A stretch of 59,150 bases of DNA from an uncultured Candidatus Saccharibacteria bacterium (GCA_964563715.1 CAZLXA010000003.1:1-59150), one strand, 5' to 3'; counted from the first letter of the stretch, positions 16,494 to 26,377 are shown. The notes: a model not told the origin generated them from the sequence alone. Numbers and translations are program-made.

Positions 16494-17363
16494 ATGTCTC
16501 ACCAAAAAACAGCGGTTAAAACTATCTATTTCAGTATTTTAAGTAATGCTGTACTGGCAGCCATAAAATGGACTGCTGGATTTTTTGGCAATTCATATGC
16601 CCTAATTGCTGACGCTATTGAATCAACTACTGATATTGTCTCTTCAATTTTAGTATTATTTGGTATTAAATATTCAGGTAAACCAGCTGACAAAAATCAC
16701 CCTTATGGCCACGGCCGAATCGAGCCATTAGTTACATTTTTAGTTGTCGGATTTTTAATTGTCTCGGCCATCATCATTGCCATCCATGCAATAGAAAATA
16801 TTCAAATTCCTCACCACATGCCAAAATTTTATACTTTATTTATTTTGGCTGGGATAATTGCCTGGAAAGAAATTTCATATAGGCTAGTTGTCAAAAAAAG
16901 TAAGGAGACAAAAAGTACATCGCTTAAAGCCGATGCTTGGCATCATCGAAGTGATGCTATTACTTCAGTCGCTGCATTTATTGGTATTAGTATTGCTTTA
17001 ATATTAGGACCTGGTTATGAGGCAGCCGACGACTGGGCGGCTTTATTTGCAGCTTTATTTATTCTATACAATTGCTATTTAATTTTCAGGCCGGCCCTAG
17101 GTGAAATCATGGATGAACATACTCACGATGAGATCGTTCTCCAAATCAGAGAAATTTCAAAAAAAGTTGATGGAGTTATCGACACTGAGAAATGTTGGGT
17201 GCGTAAAACTGGTATGAAATTTTATGTTGACCTACATATCACTGTAAATTCTGAATTATCAGTCCGACATGGTCATAAAATTTCACATGAACTTAAAAAA
17301 TCTCTCTTGCGTGAAATACCAGAATTATCGAATGTTTTAATTCATGTTGAACCAAATGAATAA
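16494..17363 (+). CDS. cation diffusion facilitator (CDF) family metal efflux transporter
   Basis: 289 aa with six predicted TM helices. Metal-site motifs LIADAIESTTD and HHRSDAITS. A C-terminal cytoplasmic domain follows. Confidence 0.85.
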   Translation: MSHQKTAVKTIYFSILSNAVLAAIKWTAGFFGNSYALIADAIESTTDIVSSILVLFGIKYSGKPADKNHPYGHGRIEPLVTFLVVGFLIVSAIIIAIHAIENIQIPHHMPKFYTLFILAGIIAWKEISYRLVVKKSKETKSTSLKADAWHHRSDAITSVAAFIGISIALILGPGYEAADDWAALFAALFILYNCYLIFRPALGEIMDEHTHDEIVLQIREISKKVDGVIDTEKCWVRKTGMKFYVDLHITVNSELSVRHGHKISHELKKSLLREIPELSNVLIHVEPNE

Positions 17364-17416
17364 TATTTTAGCTTTACGTATTGCTTCTTGGCTTAAAATA
17401 TAGTATACTCAAAAAT

Positions 17417-17650
17417 ATGACGATTATAGTTAATATCTTACCTTATTTACAGATTATTCTATCAATTATTTTAATAGCTGCAATTTTACTCCAAAAATCT
17501 AGTGCTGGAGTCGGAGGAGCATTAGGAGGAGGTGATGGGGGTGGTCTTTATAATACCCGTCGTGGTTTTGAAAAATTTCTATTTGTCTTAACGATTGTTA
17601 TCAGTCTATTTTTTGTTATATCCTCATTTATCGCAATTTTCGTTAAATAA
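17417..17650 (+). CDS. secG: preprotein translocase subunit SecG
   Basis: Two TM helices flank the Gly-rich loop LLQKSSAGVGGALGGGDGGG. I prefer the ATG at 17417 over the ORF-track start at 17381. Confidence 0.75.
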   Translation: MTIIVNILPYLQIILSIILIAAILLQKSSAGVGGALGGGDGGGLYNTRRGFEKFLFVLTIVISLFFVISSFIAIFVK

Positions 17651-17691
17651 TTAATGGGTTACACCAAAAAGTTGTTTTGATTCTGTGTCTT

Positions 17692-19491
17692 ATGCATAAA
17701 TTTATTCTATTTATTAAAGAATTTCGTATTTATAAAAAGAAAGAACTCTTAGGTGCCGTGGCATCTTTTTCAAGGAAACAACTTCTGATTTTTTATATGA
17801 TCATGGCAGTAGCTATTGGTTCTACAATAGTTTTACTTAGTAAAATAAATAATATGTTTTTGGTTGATGTCCCTATAAGCGGCGGAACAATCACGGAAGG
17901 GATTATTGGTGTTCCAACTTTAATTAATCCTATTATTGCTATATCTGATGCTGATAAAGATTTAACCGCTCTTGTATATTCAGGTTTAATGAGAAAAAAT
18001 TCTCTCGGTGAACTGATTCCTGATTTAGCTGAATCTTATACTATTTCACCCGATGGAATAAATTATACTTTTATAATAAAAAAAGATGCTAGATTTCATA
18101 ATGGTGATAAGGTTACTGCCGATGATATAATTTTTACCATCGAAAAAATTAAAGACCCCTTAATAAAAAGTCCTCGAAAAAATGGTTGGGGTGGAGTCAA
18201 TGTCAGTAAGGTTGACGATAGTACTGTGGTCTTTACTTTAATTCAACCTTATATTTCATTTTTAGATAATACAACAATTGGAATATTGCCTTTTAATGTT
18301 TGGAAAAATGTTAAGACCGAAGAATTTAATTTATCCCCTCTTAATATTAAAGCAGTTGGTTCGGGCCCATATAAAATTAAGTCCGTAACCAAAAACAATG
18401 AAGATATTCCTGAGCGTTACAAACTTGAGAGTTTTAATAATTTTACTCTTGGAAAGCCATTAATAAAAAATATAAATATTATATCTTATGCCAACGAAAA
18501 AGATTTACTAAAAGCCTTAAATAATAATGATATTGATCAAGCGGGAGGAATTAGTTCTGAAAATATCTCGGGGGTGAAAGAAGGAAAATATTTAATTTAT
18601 ACTGCAACATTACCTAGAGTTTTTGGAATATTTTTTAATGCCAATAATAATAAAATTTTTACCGATCAATCTGTTGTTAAAGCTATAGATTTAGCTTTAA
18701 ACCGACAAGAAATTATTGATCAGGTTTTAAATGGCTATGGAAAGATAGTCCACAATCCAATTCCAAATGAAATGACTGAAGATAAATTATTGGAGAAATA
18801 TAGTCAGTCTCAAATTGATGAAGCCAATGCTATTTTAGAAAAAGCTGGATGGGTTATGGGAGAAGATGGAATCAGGTCTAAGGGCGGAACTACCACAACT
18901 AAGGTCACAAAAAAAGTTAATGGTAAAACTGTAACCCAAACAGTTAAAAGTACTGCACCACAAACTAGACTAACTTTTTCTTTAATGACCGGTGATACTC
19001 CTGAACTAAAACAAACAACAGTTCTATTGGCAGAACAGTTCAAGAAAGTTGGGATAGAAGTAGATATTAAAAAAGTTTATGAATCAGGCCAATTAAATCA
19101 ATTAATTAGAGCACGAGAATACGAGGCTCTTCTCTTTGGACAACTCGTAAATTATGAATCTGATTTATATTCGTATTGGCATTCTTCACAAAGAACCGAC
19201 CCAGGCCGAAATATTTCTATGTATAACAATAAAAAAGTTGATAATCTTTTAGAAATAATTCAAAAAATTTTAAAAAGTGAAGATAGGCAAGATAAATATA
19301 AAGATCTTTGGACAGAATTTAATATAAACATTCCAGCTGTTTTAATTTATTCTCCCGAATATTTATATTTAACAAATCATAATCTAAATAATATTAAGAT
19401 TGAAAATATAACTATCCCCTCAGATCGATTCTCATCAGTCTATCTCTGGGCCGCAGATACCGATAAAGTCTGGAAAATTTTTACTAAATAA
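17692..19491 (+). CDS. ABC transporter substrate-binding protein, family 5 (peptide/nickel type), membrane-anchored
   Basis: About 600 aa with an N-terminal TM anchor. Overall OppA/DppA-like layout, for example LVYSGLMRKN...LAESYTISPDGINYTF.IKKDARFHNGDKVTADD. The first ATG is at 17692, because the ORF-track start at 17677 is TTG. There is no adjacent permease or ATPase. Confidence 0.75.
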   Translation: MHKFILFIKEFRIYKKKELLGAVASFSRKQLLIFYMIMAVAIGSTIVLLSKINNMFLVDVPISGGTITEGIIGVPTLINPIIAISDADKDLTALVYSGLMRKNSLGELIPDLAESYTISPDGINYTFIIKKDARFHNGDKVTADDIIFTIEKIKDPLIKSPRKNGWGGVNVSKVDDSTVVFTLIQPYISFLDNTTIGILPFNVWKNVKTEEFNLSPLNIKAVGSGPYKIKSVTKNNEDIPERYKLESFNNFTLGKPLIKNINIISYANEKDLLKALNNNDIDQAGGISSENISGVKEGKYLIYTATLPRVFGIFFNANNNKIFTDQSVVKAIDLALNRQEIIDQVLNGYGKIVHNPIPNEMTEDKLLEKYSQSQIDEANAILEKAGWVMGEDGIRSKGGTTTTKVTKKVNGKTVTQTVKSTAPQTRLTFSLMTGDTPELKQTTVLLAEQFKKVGIEVDIKKVYESGQLNQLIRAREYEALLFGQLVNYESDLYSYWHSSQRTDPGRNISMYNNKKVDNLLEIIQKILKSEDRQDKYKDLWTEFNINIPAVLIYSPEYLYLTNHNLNNIKIENITIPSDRFSSVYLWAADTDKVWKIFTK

Positions 19492-19522
19492 CAATATACC
19501 GGCTTAATAAGCCAATAAAAAT

Positions 19523-21496
19523 ATGAATGAATCACCCAAAAAAAATGTAAGCCCTAAAATAAAAGCCGGGCAAAAATTTAATTATCATAAACACGGAAAT
19601 ATTCGTGTCTTGCATAAAACAGAAGTGCCTACAACTAAAGTTGTAGCTAAACACACAGCCTATACAAGTAAAACACCTCAAAATAATAAAAAGATAAGCC
19701 GAGGGAGTTTTCAATATAATAATACAAAAGGAAATCGTCGCCCAAAGCAAGAAAATTCTAATCAACAAAACAAATCTACTTATACAAAAAATAAACCCTT
19801 ACCTATTCCCCCACCTGAAAAAGGTGTCATCAGAATAATCCCTCTAGGTGGAGTTGAAGAAATTGGAAAAAATATGACTGCGATTGAAATTGGCGATGAT
19901 ATTATTGTCGTTGACGCAGGAATGCAATTCAAAACTGAAAACACCCCCGGCATCGATTATATTATTCCCAATACTACCTACTTAGAAGAAAGAAAAGATA
20001 AGGTCAGAGCAATGCTTGTTACCCATGGACACTTAGACCACATTGGTGGTATTCCTCTTGTTATGAGTCGAATTGGTAACCCTCCTCTTTATTCTCGTAA
20101 TCTTTCTATTTTGGTTATGAAGAAACGCCAAGAAGAATTTCCTCACCTACCGGCACTTAATACTCATGTTGTTGAAACAAATTCAGTTATCACTGTCGGT
20201 AATATTCGTGTTCGTTTTTTTGGTGTGACTCATACAATGCCAGACTCTATGGGAATTATAATTGAAACTCCTTATGGTTCAATAATTACACCTGGAGATT
20301 ACAAACTAGACCAAATAGATGGCGTTGTGTCACCTGAAGAAGAAAAAGAATATGCTTTTTTTGACAAAGAAAAAGTTCTTTTGCTTTTAACTGATTCCAC
20401 CAATATTGAAAATGAAGGATTTTCGCTACCCGAAGTTCGTGTTCATGAAGGTTTAGATAAAGTCATCCGCCAAGGAACTGGCCGAATTATTATTTCAGCT
20501 TTTGCTTCTTCTATTACTCGCTTAATGAAAATTGTTGAAATTGCTGAATCGCTAGGCAAAAAAGTTGTTCTTGATGGTCGGTCACTAAAAACAAACATGG
20601 AAGTCTGTGAACAAGCTGGAATCTTTACTCCCAAAAAAGGTACTATTATTCCAGTTGAAGAAGTTGATAATTATCCACCAAATAAAGTTTTAATAATGAT
20701 GACCGGTGCTCAAGGTGAAGAATTTGCTGCTCTTGGTCGAGCTGCAAATAAAACTCACAAAAAATTTACCATTCGTCCCGGAGATACCATTATTCTTTCT
20801 TCTTCAATTGTTCCTGGTAATGAAATCGCAGTCCAACACTTAAAAGACAATTTATCTCGTCATGGTGTTCGAATTATAAGTTACCGAACAAGTGAAGAAT
20901 ATATTCACGCTACAGGCCACGGAAATCAAGAAGATATAAAATGGTTGCATCGTAAAACCCACCCTAAATTCTTTATTCCAATTCATGGCTGGCACTCAAT
21001 GCTAGTTAAACACAAAGAAGTAGCTATGTCGCTCGGAATGTCGAGCGATAATATTATTGTCCCTGATAATGGCTCAATTATTGAAATAATTGATAATGGA
21101 GAGAAAATGGTTTTAAGGAAAGAAAAGGCTCCATCTGGTCCAATGATGGTAGACGGTTTTTCTGTCGGAGACGAACAAGATGTCGTTATCCGTGACAGAG
21201 TTATGCTTGCTCAAGATGGAATGTTTGTTTTAATTGCTACAATTGATTCTACTACTGGTAAGTTAAGAAAATCGCCAGATATTATTTCTCGAGGTTTTAT
21301 TTATTTAAAAGAAAACCAAGAACTATTACACCAAGTTCGTTTAATAATTAAAAAAACAATCGAAGATGAAGCAAGTGGAATGAATCCAATTGATTTCGAT
21401 GTTGTCAAAAGTGCTCTAGGAGACAATATTTCAAAATTTCTTTTTCAAAAAACTGCCAAGCGTCCAATCGTTATACCAGTATTATTAAGTATATAA
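19523..21496 (+). CDS. rnj: ribonuclease J with a basic ~100-aa N-terminal extension
   Basis: 657 aa. Metallo-beta-lactamase motif VTHGHLDHIGG. Beta-CASP layout with HATGHG near the end. Confidence 0.9.
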   Translation: MNESPKKNVSPKIKAGQKFNYHKHGNIRVLHKTEVPTTKVVAKHTAYTSKTPQNNKKISRGSFQYNNTKGNRRPKQENSNQQNKSTYTKNKPLPIPPPEKGVIRIIPLGGVEEIGKNMTAIEIGDDIIVVDAGMQFKTENTPGIDYIIPNTTYLEERKDKVRAMLVTHGHLDHIGGIPLVMSRIGNPPLYSRNLSILVMKKRQEEFPHLPALNTHVVETNSVITVGNIRVRFFGVTHTMPDSMGIIIETPYGSIITPGDYKLDQIDGVVSPEEEKEYAFFDKEKVLLLLTDSTNIENEGFSLPEVRVHEGLDKVIRQGTGRIIISAFASSITRLMKIVEIAESLGKKVVLDGRSLKTNMEVCEQAGIFTPKKGTIIPVEEVDNYPPNKVLIMMTGAQGEEFAALGRAANKTHKKFTIRPGDTIILSSSIVPGNEIAVQHLKDNLSRHGVRIISYRTSEEYIHATGHGNQEDIKWLHRKTHPKFFIPIHGWHSMLVKHKEVAMSLGMSSDNIIVPDNGSIIEIIDNGEKMVLRKEKAPSGPMMVDGFSVGDEQDVVIRDRVMLAQDGMFVLIATIDSTTGKLRKSPDIISRGFIYLKENQELLHQVRLIIKKTIEDEASGMNPIDFDVVKSALGDNISKFLFQKTAKRPIVIPVLLSI

Positions 21497-21502
21497 ACAT
21501 AG

Positions 21503-22672
21503 ATGATAAAAATTGCTAAAATAAAAAAAATGTATGTATTGTCATTTATCTTCGCTTTACATATTTCTATTTCGGCCTATATCAGTTCTGTTTTTTTAAC
21601 TCAATTTATTAGCGAAAAATATGTTGGTATATTATATACCCTAGCCTCACTATTAACATTAATACTTCTAATTAAAAGTTCCGGGATCTTAAAAAATCTT
21701 GGGAATCGTAGGCTTACTCTAATTTTTCTATTAATAAATATGTTTTCTCTGGTAGGGCTAATAACCTCCCAAAATCCATATATTATTGGAACTTCGTTTA
21801 TATTATTTATGACGACCAATACATTGGTATATTTTTGTATCGATATTTTTATCGAACATTTTGGTAATCCTGCGACAATTGGTAAAACTAGAGGTCTATA
21901 CTTAACAATTATAAATATTGCTTGGATGGTATCTCCAATTATTTCGGTTTTTCTAATTACGAAAGAAGGAGGTTATAAGGCTATATATATACTTGCTTTT
22001 GTTATGGTTATGTTAATGGCTATCGGCCTATTCTTTTCGGTTAAAACATTTAAAGACAAGGTATATAAAAAAACTCCTTTCCTTGAGACATTTAAATACT
22101 TAAGAACAAATCCTCATATGTTTGCGATAGTAATTATTAATTTTATATTACAGTTCTTTTTTGCTTGGATGGTTGTTTATACTCCTATTTATTTATTTAG
22201 TCATTTAAATTTTACCTGGAATCAAATTGGCATTATTTTTACGATAATGTTAACACCGTTTGTTATATTAGGATTACCAACAGGTATACTAATAGATAAA
22301 TATCATGTTAACAAAAGAACATTACTTTATATTGGATTTATAATTATAATTATTTCGACTTTTATAATTTCATTTATTACCACAAAAAATATAGCTATAT
22401 GGGCAATTATTTTATTTATGACTCGTGTTGGTGCTAGTTTTATCGAAACAACTTCAGAAACTTATTTCTTTACCCACATACAAGAAGAAGATGCTTACCT
22501 CTTAGGAATCTTTCGTGATATGAATCCGATCGCTTACATCATTGCTCCCCTAATTGCCACAAGTATATTTTTAGTATTACCATTTAATTATCTTTTTATT
22601 GTTTTAAGTCTTATTTTATTAATCGGTCTATACTATATACCAAAATTAAAACATAACCATGGATCCCGTTAG
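21503..22672 (+). CDS. MFS-type transporter
   Basis: 389 aa with about 12 hydrophobic helices. Confidence 0.7.
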   Translation: MIKIAKIKKMYVLSFIFALHISISAYISSVFLTQFISEKYVGILYTLASLLTLILLIKSSGILKNLGNRRLTLIFLLINMFSLVGLITSQNPYIIGTSFILFMTTNTLVYFCIDIFIEHFGNPATIGKTRGLYLTIINIAWMVSPIISVFLITKEGGYKAIYILAFVMVMLMAIGLFFSVKTFKDKVYKKTPFLETFKYLRTNPHMFAIVIINFILQFFFAWMVVYTPIYLFSHLNFTWNQIGIIFTIMLTPFVILGLPTGILIDKYHVNKRTLLYIGFIIIIISTFIISFITTKNIAIWAIILFMTRVGASFIETTSETYFFTHIQEEDAYLLGIFRDMNPIAYIIAPLIATSIFLVLPFNYLFIVLSLILLIGLYYIPKLKHNHGSR

Positions 22673-22787
22673 AAGTCATACATGTTAGCTTAATAAAAAA
22701 GATTATGCTAAGCTATAAACTATATATTTTGATATTATTATTTAATCAAAGTACGGGAATCTAAAGATTCCCTACTTCTAACGGGAT
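22663..22787 (+). repeat. inverted-repeat leader element E1 (14-bp arms, ~97-nt spacer); the 3' arm ends on the ATG of the pseudouridine synthase
   Basis: ATCCCGTTAGAAGT (22663-22676, overlapping the MFS stop codon) pairs with ACTTCTAACGGGAT (22774-22787). Hairpin GGGAATC-TAAA-GATTCCC (22755-22772) sits 1 nt before the 3' arm. Confidence 0.8.
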
Positions 22788-23487
22788 GGAACCAATTAGA
22801 ATAAATAAATATTTAGCCCAAAAAAATTATTCCACCCGTGTTGGTGGTGATGAACTTATTAAAAAAGGTTTAGTTTTTATTAATGGTAAAAAGGCTGTCT
22901 TAGGTGATAAGGTGTACGAAAATGATGAGGTGGTAGTTAAATCAAAAGGATCAAAAAAAGAATATGTTTACTATGCTTACAATAAAAATGTAAATGTTTC
23001 AACTAATCCCGATACAACAAGTAAAGACATCCTTCAGGTCACAAAATTTCCCGTCCGAGTATTCCCCGTCGGAAGGCTCGACAAAGATTCACACGGACTA
23101 ATATTAATGACAAACGATGGTCGTGTTACCGACCGATTACTTTCTCCACGTTTTGTTCATGAAAAAGAATATACAGTTAAAGTCGATAAGCCATTTTCTG
23201 ACACTTTCATAGAATTAATGCAAAATGGTGTCCATTTTGACGGTTTCATCAGTAAAAAGTGTAAAGTCTGGAGAATGGGTAAATCCAAAGATATCTTCCA
23301 TATAGTGCTAACAGAGGGCAAAAAACGCCAAATAAGGCGTATGTGTGAGGCTTTACACCATAATGTCATTGACCTTAAAAGAATCCGAATCTTAAATATT
23401 GAGCTCGATAAAATCCCTCTTGGAGAATTTAGAGAAATAAAAGGCAAAGAATTAAATGAACTTCTCAAGCAATTAAATCTACTATAA
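22786..23487 (+). CDS. pseudouridine synthase, RsuA/RluB family
   Basis: 233 aa. N-terminal S4 domain IRINKYLAQ. Catalytic-Asp motif GRLDKDSHGLILMTNDG. Confidence 0.9.
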   Translation: MEPIRINKYLAQKNYSTRVGGDELIKKGLVFINGKKAVLGDKVYENDEVVVKSKGSKKEYVYYAYNKNVNVSTNPDTTSKDILQVTKFPVRVFPVGRLDKDSHGLILMTNDGRVTDRLLSPRFVHEKEYTVKVDKPFSDTFIELMQNGVHFDGFISKKCKVWRMGKSKDIFHIVLTEGKKRQIRRMCEALHHNVIDLKRIRILNIELDKIPLGEFREIKGKELNELLKQLNLL

Positions 23488-23490
23488 AAC

Positions 23491-23524
23491 AAAAAATCTC
23501 CACAGAACCTGTGGAGATTTTTTG
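23491..23524. terminator. bidirectional intrinsic terminator
   Basis: AAAAA-ATCTCCACAG-AAC-CTGTGGAGAT-TTTTTT, between convergent genes. Confidence 0.8.
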
Positions 23525-23533
23525 TTATCTCTA

Positions 23534-24838
23534 TTATTGTACTAATCCGGCTTTTACGCGACTTGCTGGACCGAATACTCCATCTGGGTTTAACCCATTT
23601 ATTGCTTGCCATTCTCTTACCTTCGCAGCAGTTAATCTTCCATAAAATCCATCTGTCTTAATACCAAAGAAAGACTGAAGAATTCTAACATCTTCTCCTT
23701 TTACTCCGATTCTAAGAGTTCTTTCAAATGCCCTTGGTGTGAAATATGTATTCCCGACGTTAACACTTAAACTTGTTTCTGCACTTAATCCACTTTCATT
23801 TGTGACCCTAAAAACAGGACTATAAACTCCAGCTCTCGAGTAAGTGTGTGTAAATGTTGCTTGCTGGTCTATTTTTTCAAATGGAGGTAAGGAAGCAGTT
23901 GCTGAATTACGAAAATATTCATCTCCCCAATTAACAGAGTAAGAAAGATTTTCTTCTTTTGAGCCAGAGACTAATACTTTCCATGTCCCCATTTGGTTGA
24001 CACTTAAGTTTTGTGGCCCACTAATTCCACTGATAACTGGTGTATTTGTTGTATTTTTAATTAACTTAAAATGATCATCGCTTTCATCGCATATGTTTGA
24101 CCTTGCTGAACAAACTTTTATTCTATAGTTTGCGCCCGCAATGACAGTGTAACTATTTGGCCCCCCAGGACCAAACAAATTTTTATTTGTATCCCATAAA
24201 TAACTTCCATCATTATTGGTAGGTCCAGTAATAGCAACAGCGTTCCAACAACCAGTTATACCAGGTCGACAATAAACACTATCATTTTTCAAATAAATGT
24301 TTACATTCTGATCATTTAAGTTATTCGATTTCCATTTGATGTTATACTTTTGTCCAATTATTATTTTCTCACCTCCATTTGGAGAAATAACTTTTATCAT
24401 TTGATTATTTGTCTCAAGTGGAATTACCTCTGTGGCAACGATTCCCCAAAAACCAGCCCCAAGTGGAATCCACTCCAATGTCCCAATAATTTTAACTCTA
24501 CTATTTTCATATTTAATTAAATCCGCTAAAACTGAATCCGAACCACCTGGGTTTACTAAATATGAAAGATTAGCCGACGGGCAAGGAGCCATAATGCAAA
24601 CAGCATAACCATCATTGGTAATTACGTGAGTTCCCCACATAGTATTTGAAGGGCCACTCTCTGTTAGAAAACCGGTAAATTGTTGTTCTCTTTGGCACAA
24701 AGCTCCTGTTGTAGAACTGTAGTTTTGATTATTAGAACATCCATCTTCGTAGGTCGATGCAAAAACAGAACTTTTTAATAACAAAAATCCTCCAATAATA
24801 AAAACAAACGCAAAAATACTACCTAATATTTTTTTCAT
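23534..24838 (-). CDS. secreted protein with a PKD-like domain and a C-terminal peptidoglycan-binding domain
   Basis: 434 aa. Signal/anchor MKKILGSIFAFVFIIGGFLLL. PKD-like YSVNWGDE...FTHTYSRAGVYSPVFRVTNESG. PG_binding_1-like GEDVRILQSFFGIKTDGFYGRLTAAKVREWQAINGLNPDGVFG. Confidence 0.75.
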   Translation of the reverse strand: MKKILGSIFAFVFIIGGFLLLKSSVFASTYEDGCSNNQNYSSTTGALCQREQQFTGFLTESGPSNTMWGTHVITNDGYAVCIMAPCPSANLSYLVNPGGSDSVLADLIKYENSRVKIIGTLEWIPLGAGFWGIVATEVIPLETNNQMIKVISPNGGEKIIIGQKYNIKWKSNNLNDQNVNIYLKNDSVYCRPGITGCWNAVAITGPTNNDGSYLWDTNKNLFGPGGPNSYTVIAGANYRIKVCSARSNICDESDDHFKLIKNTTNTPVISGISGPQNLSVNQMGTWKVLVSGSKEENLSYSVNWGDEYFRNSATASLPPFEKIDQQATFTHTYSRAGVYSPVFRVTNESGLSAETSLSVNVGNTYFTPRAFERTLRIGVKGEDVRILQSFFGIKTDGFYGRLTAAKVREWQAINGLNPDGVFGPASRVKAGLVQ

Positions 24839-24991
24839 ACAACTTATAATAAATGTAAATTATTAATATCGACATAAAACTATCTATAAGTGGAGTTTTT
24901 ATAGCTCCAACATGTATAATGACGTCTGATATTTCGTTTTCTTACATTAATATTTTCCACAGATCTAACCTATGAAAAACATGGCTATAAC

Positions 24992-25022
24992 AAAAATCCC
25001 CACTATTTGGTGGGAATTTTTG
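24992..25022. terminator. intrinsic terminator downstream of rpsR
   Basis: AAAAATCCCCAC-TATT-TGGTGGGAATTTTT, a stem with one bulge and A/T runs on both sides. Confidence 0.6.
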
Positions 25023-25052
25023 TTATTTTGCAATGTATGGCTACCTGATTAC

Positions 25053-25253
25053 CTATTTGGCAATGTAGGGTAGTAATCCCATAAACCGTGCTCTTTTGAT
25101 AGCTTCAGCCAACTTTCTTTGATTTTTAGCTGTCACATCTGTTCGTTTACGCGCAAGCATTCGAGCGCTAGGTGAAAGAAATCTTTTTAGAACTTCTACA
25201 TCTTTGTAATCAATATGTTTTATATTGTTTGATGAAAAATAATCTTGTTTCAT
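25053..25253 (-). CDS. rpsR: 30S ribosomal protein S18
   Basis: 66 aa, with IDYKDVEVLKRFLS and RKRTDVTAKNQRKLAEAIKRARFMGLLPY. Confidence 0.95.
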   Translation of the reverse strand: MKQDYFSSNNIKHIDYKDVEVLKRFLSPSARMLARKRTDVTAKNQRKLAEAIKRARFMGLLPYIAK

Positions 25254-25298
25254 GTTTTTAATTCTTAATTTTAACTTTATAAACTTTATAACTTTTTA

Positions 25299-25766
25299 CT
25301 AAAAAGGAATATCTTCTGCGTTGATTTGTTCATCTGGATAATCAATAGTATCTAATCCACTTTGATCATCTGCTTGTGGGGCATTGCCCTTAGGAGCAGA
25401 TTGGTCGGAATTTCCTCCGGTCTTAGGTCCTCCATTACCACTTGAACCAAATTGAACACGGTCGGCGATAACTTCTGTGCGATATTTTTTAGTATTGGTT
25501 GCAGCATCATCCCATGACCTTGTCTGCATCCGACCCTCAACCATAACCTGGCTACCTTTTTTCATATATTGAGCTACTGTCTCAGCCTGGCGACCGAAAA
25601 CTACAATATTATGATAATCAGTTGCTTCTTGTCGAGCTCCATTTTTGTCTTTCCAAACTCGATTAGTAGCAACAGAAAAACTACAAACTTTGATACCTGA
25701 AGGAATTGCTTTCAACTCTGGATCTCGGGTTAAATTCCCTATTATAAATACTTTGTTTAAATACAT
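25299..25766 (-). CDS. ssb: single-stranded DNA-binding protein
   Basis: OB fold beginning MYLNKVFIIGNLTRDPE (ATG at 25766, internal to the ORF-track call). Acidic tail ending DIPF. Confidence 0.9.
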   Translation of the reverse strand: MYLNKVFIIGNLTRDPELKAIPSGIKVCSFSVATNRVWKDKNGARQEATDYHNIVVFGRQAETVAQYMKKGSQVMVEGRMQTRSWDDAATNTKKYRTEVIADRVQFGSSGNGGPKTGGNSDQSAPKGNAPQADDQSGLDTIDYPDEQINAEDIPF

Positions 25767-25776
25767 ATATAGATAT

Positions 25777-25858
25777 GTAGAAAGTAGAATGTAGAATGTA
25801 GAAAGGAAAACAATTTGCATTTAACCTTACTACTTGCTACCTACTACCTACTACTTAT
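25777..25858. repeat. two opposed blocks of four tandem heptamers in the rpsF-ssb spacer
   Basis: GTAGAA[A/T] x4 at 25777-25804 and TAC[C/T]T[A/G][C/T] x4 at 25831-25858. The two blocks are imperfectly complementary and could form a long mismatched hairpin. Confidence 0.7.
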
Positions 25859-25876
25859 TATTTATTAATAATAATA

Positions 25877-26377
25877 TTATACCACCAAAGCATCAATTTC
25901 TTTATCAATTGTCTCTTCGTTTATTGGAGTAGACTCTTCGTGCTTTTGAAGAGGACGACGTTTCGCTCCGTCTTGCTTATTATATGAACGCTTAACTGAC
26001 ATGGTATTTTCACGAACGGTTTTAATCATTAAATAACGAACAAGCTTTTCATTCTTGTCCAAAATATCTTTTATAATCTTGGCCGCGCTAGTTGTACATT
26101 CAAACTTTACCCATCCAAAATAACCATAAGTAAACTTTTGTTTCTTATTGTTAATTGAACGAGTCATTTCATACGCAAGTTCTATTAGTTTAGGATACTC
26201 ATCAGAAATGAAAACTGCTCCATTTTCGATAAACATGTCCTTAAATAATGTGACTTCCCCTCCCAAATTTTCTTCTGCAATAGTTGGTAACATCAAGTAA
26301 CCAACTTCATAAACACTAAGACGAATTTCTTTTTCTTCGCCGTCATTTTCCTCAACAACTTTTTTTGTTTTTGCCAT
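25877..26377 (-). CDS. rpsF: 30S ribosomal protein S6 with N- and C-terminal extensions
   Basis: 166 aa. Core YEVGYLMLP...GYFGWVKFE. Heads the conserved rpsF-ssb-rpsR arrangement. Confidence 0.85.
   Translation of the reverse strand: MAKTKKVVEENDGEEKEIRLSVYEVGYLMLPTIAEENLGGEVTLFKDMFIENGAVFISDEYPKLIELAYEMTRSINNKKQKFTYGYFGWVKFECTTSAAKIIKDILDKNEKLVRYLMIKTVRENTMSVKRSYNKQDGAKRRPLQKHEESTPINEETIDKEIDALVV

Noticed and set aside
23157-23612. 151-aa minus-strand ORF.
   Set aside because: It overlaps the 3' half of the pseudouridine synthase gene and the bidirectional terminator, and has no motif. It is a shadow ORF.
25026-25070. Direct repeat of about 15-20 nt: TTGCAATGTATGG next to TTGGCAATGTAGGG at the rpsR 3' end.
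   Set aside because: It is a short local duplication of the gene's last codons with no evident function or structure.
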